Shown here: piece by piece, positions 62,166 to 64,000 of the stretch
Numbering within the stretch: the first letter of the stretch is position 1
Layout of the letters: each line of letters opens with the position of its first letter
Source: Eledone cirrhosa
Lineage: Eukaryota
Direction of reading: 5' to 3'
Assembly: GCA_964016885.1 (NCBI GenBank)
Contig: OZ024754.1
Span: forward strand, 12,090,001 to 12,154,000
DNA length: 64,000 nucleotides
Notes under the pieces: model-generated
Database searches by the model: none
Told to the model about the DNA's origin: nothing
What the model saw: the letters and a program-made list of their open reading frames with translations, nothing else
Program-made: the position numbers and the translations under genes

Positions 62166-62383
62166 GCTATATTTTGCAAGGGTCATGCTGCCATTAAAAG
62201 CACACCCACCAACATAGTCCTACCAAAATATAACAATACATATCTCAACACACGGTTTCACATCAAGAGTCTTAAAGAAAAATAAAGAAAATAAAACAAA
62301 AACAATATAAATACAAAATATAGTAAGTTTCTGGCAAGTCAGCAAGACCTTGAAAAACAGTATATGTAATTAGTTACAATAGT

Positions 62384-62467
<84 letters not shown>

Positions 62468-62479
62468 AACACATATAAG

Positions 62480-62893
62480 ATAAGTTTATTCCGGGTTCAA
62501 TCGGGGGTAACCACAGTAAGTAAGGTACTTAATACATAGCAGAGTATAAATATTTAATATAAAAATAGCTTCTACAGGACTAGAACTGTTTCATTGGGGA
62601 GAAATCATCAGAAACCCGACTGTTCAAGTAATATGGTGGTATTTAAAAATTTTCTGGTGGTAGTAGAGGGTGGTGATTAGAATGGCTGAAGGTCATTGGT
62701 TGATGGATTTAAAGAAAATTCTTTAAAAACTGTATTTAGAATAACAAAGGTAGAAAACCAATGACCTCCACCCACCCAAATCACCACCCTCTACTACCAA
62801 CAGAAAATGTATAAATACCACCATATTACTTGAACAGTCAGCTTCCTGATGATTTCTCCCGAATGAAACACTTCTAGTCCTGTAGAAGCCATT

Positions 62894-62940
<47 letters not shown>

Positions 62941-63144
62941 CGTTATTCCGGGTTGAATCGGAGGTAACCACAGTAAGTAAGGTACTCAATACATTGCAGA
63001 GTATAAAAGTTTTAATATAGATGAGATTCTACAGGACTAGAACTGTTTCATTCTTTAGAAATCATCAGGAATCCCTGATGGATCAGGATTCCTGATGATT
63101 TCTAAAGAATGAAACAGTTCTAGTCCTGTAGAATCTCATCTATA

Positions 63145-63150
<6 letters not shown>
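62480..63150. mobile_element. Two adjacent fold-backs of one hammerhead family (62480-62902, 62938-63150)
   Basis: CTGATGA-t-TTC-taaa-GAA-t-GAAAC-A-GTT at about 63086-63126(+) and its mirror. Related copies at about 62578-62612(-) and 62841-62880(+). Confidence 0.75.
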
Positions 63151-63179
<29 letters not shown>

Positions 63180-63181
<2 letters not shown>

Positions 63182-64000
63182 GATAACACGTTATCGTTAT
63201 AGGCAATCAACTTAGAGGTAGTCCAGTTAGAATACTCTGTGTTGTGGATGGTATTAACGTATGGCTTAGTTTGACTCAACAAGATGCTTCCATAGTGATG
63301 CAGCGAATTCACGGTGATTTCTATGTAGGTTATACTTGGAGTAATAATAATTCAAGAAATAAGAGTAACATGGTTGGCTGTACAATAAGGGCTTTATTCA
63401 CAGTGCTGACAATTGTTTCTTTGATCTGGTAAGTCTAGAGTTCGCTAATCGCTAGATGTTGCGTCAATCGATCTCCAATACTTTGTTTATAACCCGTTAA
63501 TTCATCAGAGCGAGCGAATGTGAGGATAATACGCAAGGCTTTTATAGAGGAGTGGTATTAGACCAGAACAATAATATCAATAACAAAATAATTAGATACT
63601 AAATAGTTAAAATAATAACATCAATATAAGTAAGAAATAGAATATAATGATAAAACTAGCATGGTAAACGAACTTATGTAAATAAGTAGAACTATTGTAA
63701 GTATAATTATAATTTATATATAGTTCTGAATGTTGAATTCTGGCGATGTCTACAAGAATTAAATGAATTCGTTCTTAGATTAATAGAGTTATTACATTTA
63801 AGTATGAACAAAATTTGCTCAACGCACAATTTGCAGAATCTAGATAAAGCTGTGTTTCGGTAGGCGGGTGCTTTTGAAACTGTTTCCCAAGCTAATGAAT
63901 AGTCCATATTCTTGCATTTTAAGTTCCATATCAGGTTTGAAAGAGAAGTTGAAGATTTTTTATCAAATCTTCGGAAAGAGCATTTGTGGTTATTCCAGCG
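63180..64000 (-). mobile_element. Penelope-like element 3' end: GIY-YIG endonuclease C-terminus (64000-63707, runs off the window) plus pLTR with hammerhead (63405-63511)
   Basis: RWNNHKCSFR..STSLSNLIWNLK..YSLAWETV..FCKLCVEQILFI..INLRTNSFNSCRHR. Downstream GCT-CTGATGA-[82 nt]-GAAAC-AATT-GTC-AGC, AATAAA, then (TA)n. Confidence 0.88.

Overview
AT-rich, microsatellite-dense animal non-coding DNA. The abundant tRNA-derived SINE resembles those of octopod cephalopods (inference only). Almost all ORF-track entries are artefacts of (TA)n, (CA)n, (CATA)n, (CTA)n and (CCA)n repeats. The real content is mostly retroelement debris. (1) Roughly 25 short inverted-repeat (fold-back) inserts sit inside (TA)n tracts. 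They belong to more than 10 unrelated sequence families, and most carry a type I hammerhead ribozyme (HHR) motif. Two of the HHR-bearing ends lie directly downstream of Penelope-like (PLE) GIY-YIG endonuclease C-termini, and a decayed PLE reverse transcriptase is also present. (2) Four 5'-truncated R4/Dong-type restriction-like-endonuclease retrotransposon copies all lie within (CATA)n arrays. (3) RTE-clade LINE fragments, tRNA-SINEs and Tc1/mariner/pogo-type MITEs are scattered through the window. (4) A 1.7-kb 24-bp tandem array is open in five frames and may be a mucin-like or Pro-rich coding exon. Scattered GT-AG-bounded segments hint at a minus-strand host gene that I cannot assemble or identify. 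Coordinates were read by eye and boundaries are approximate.
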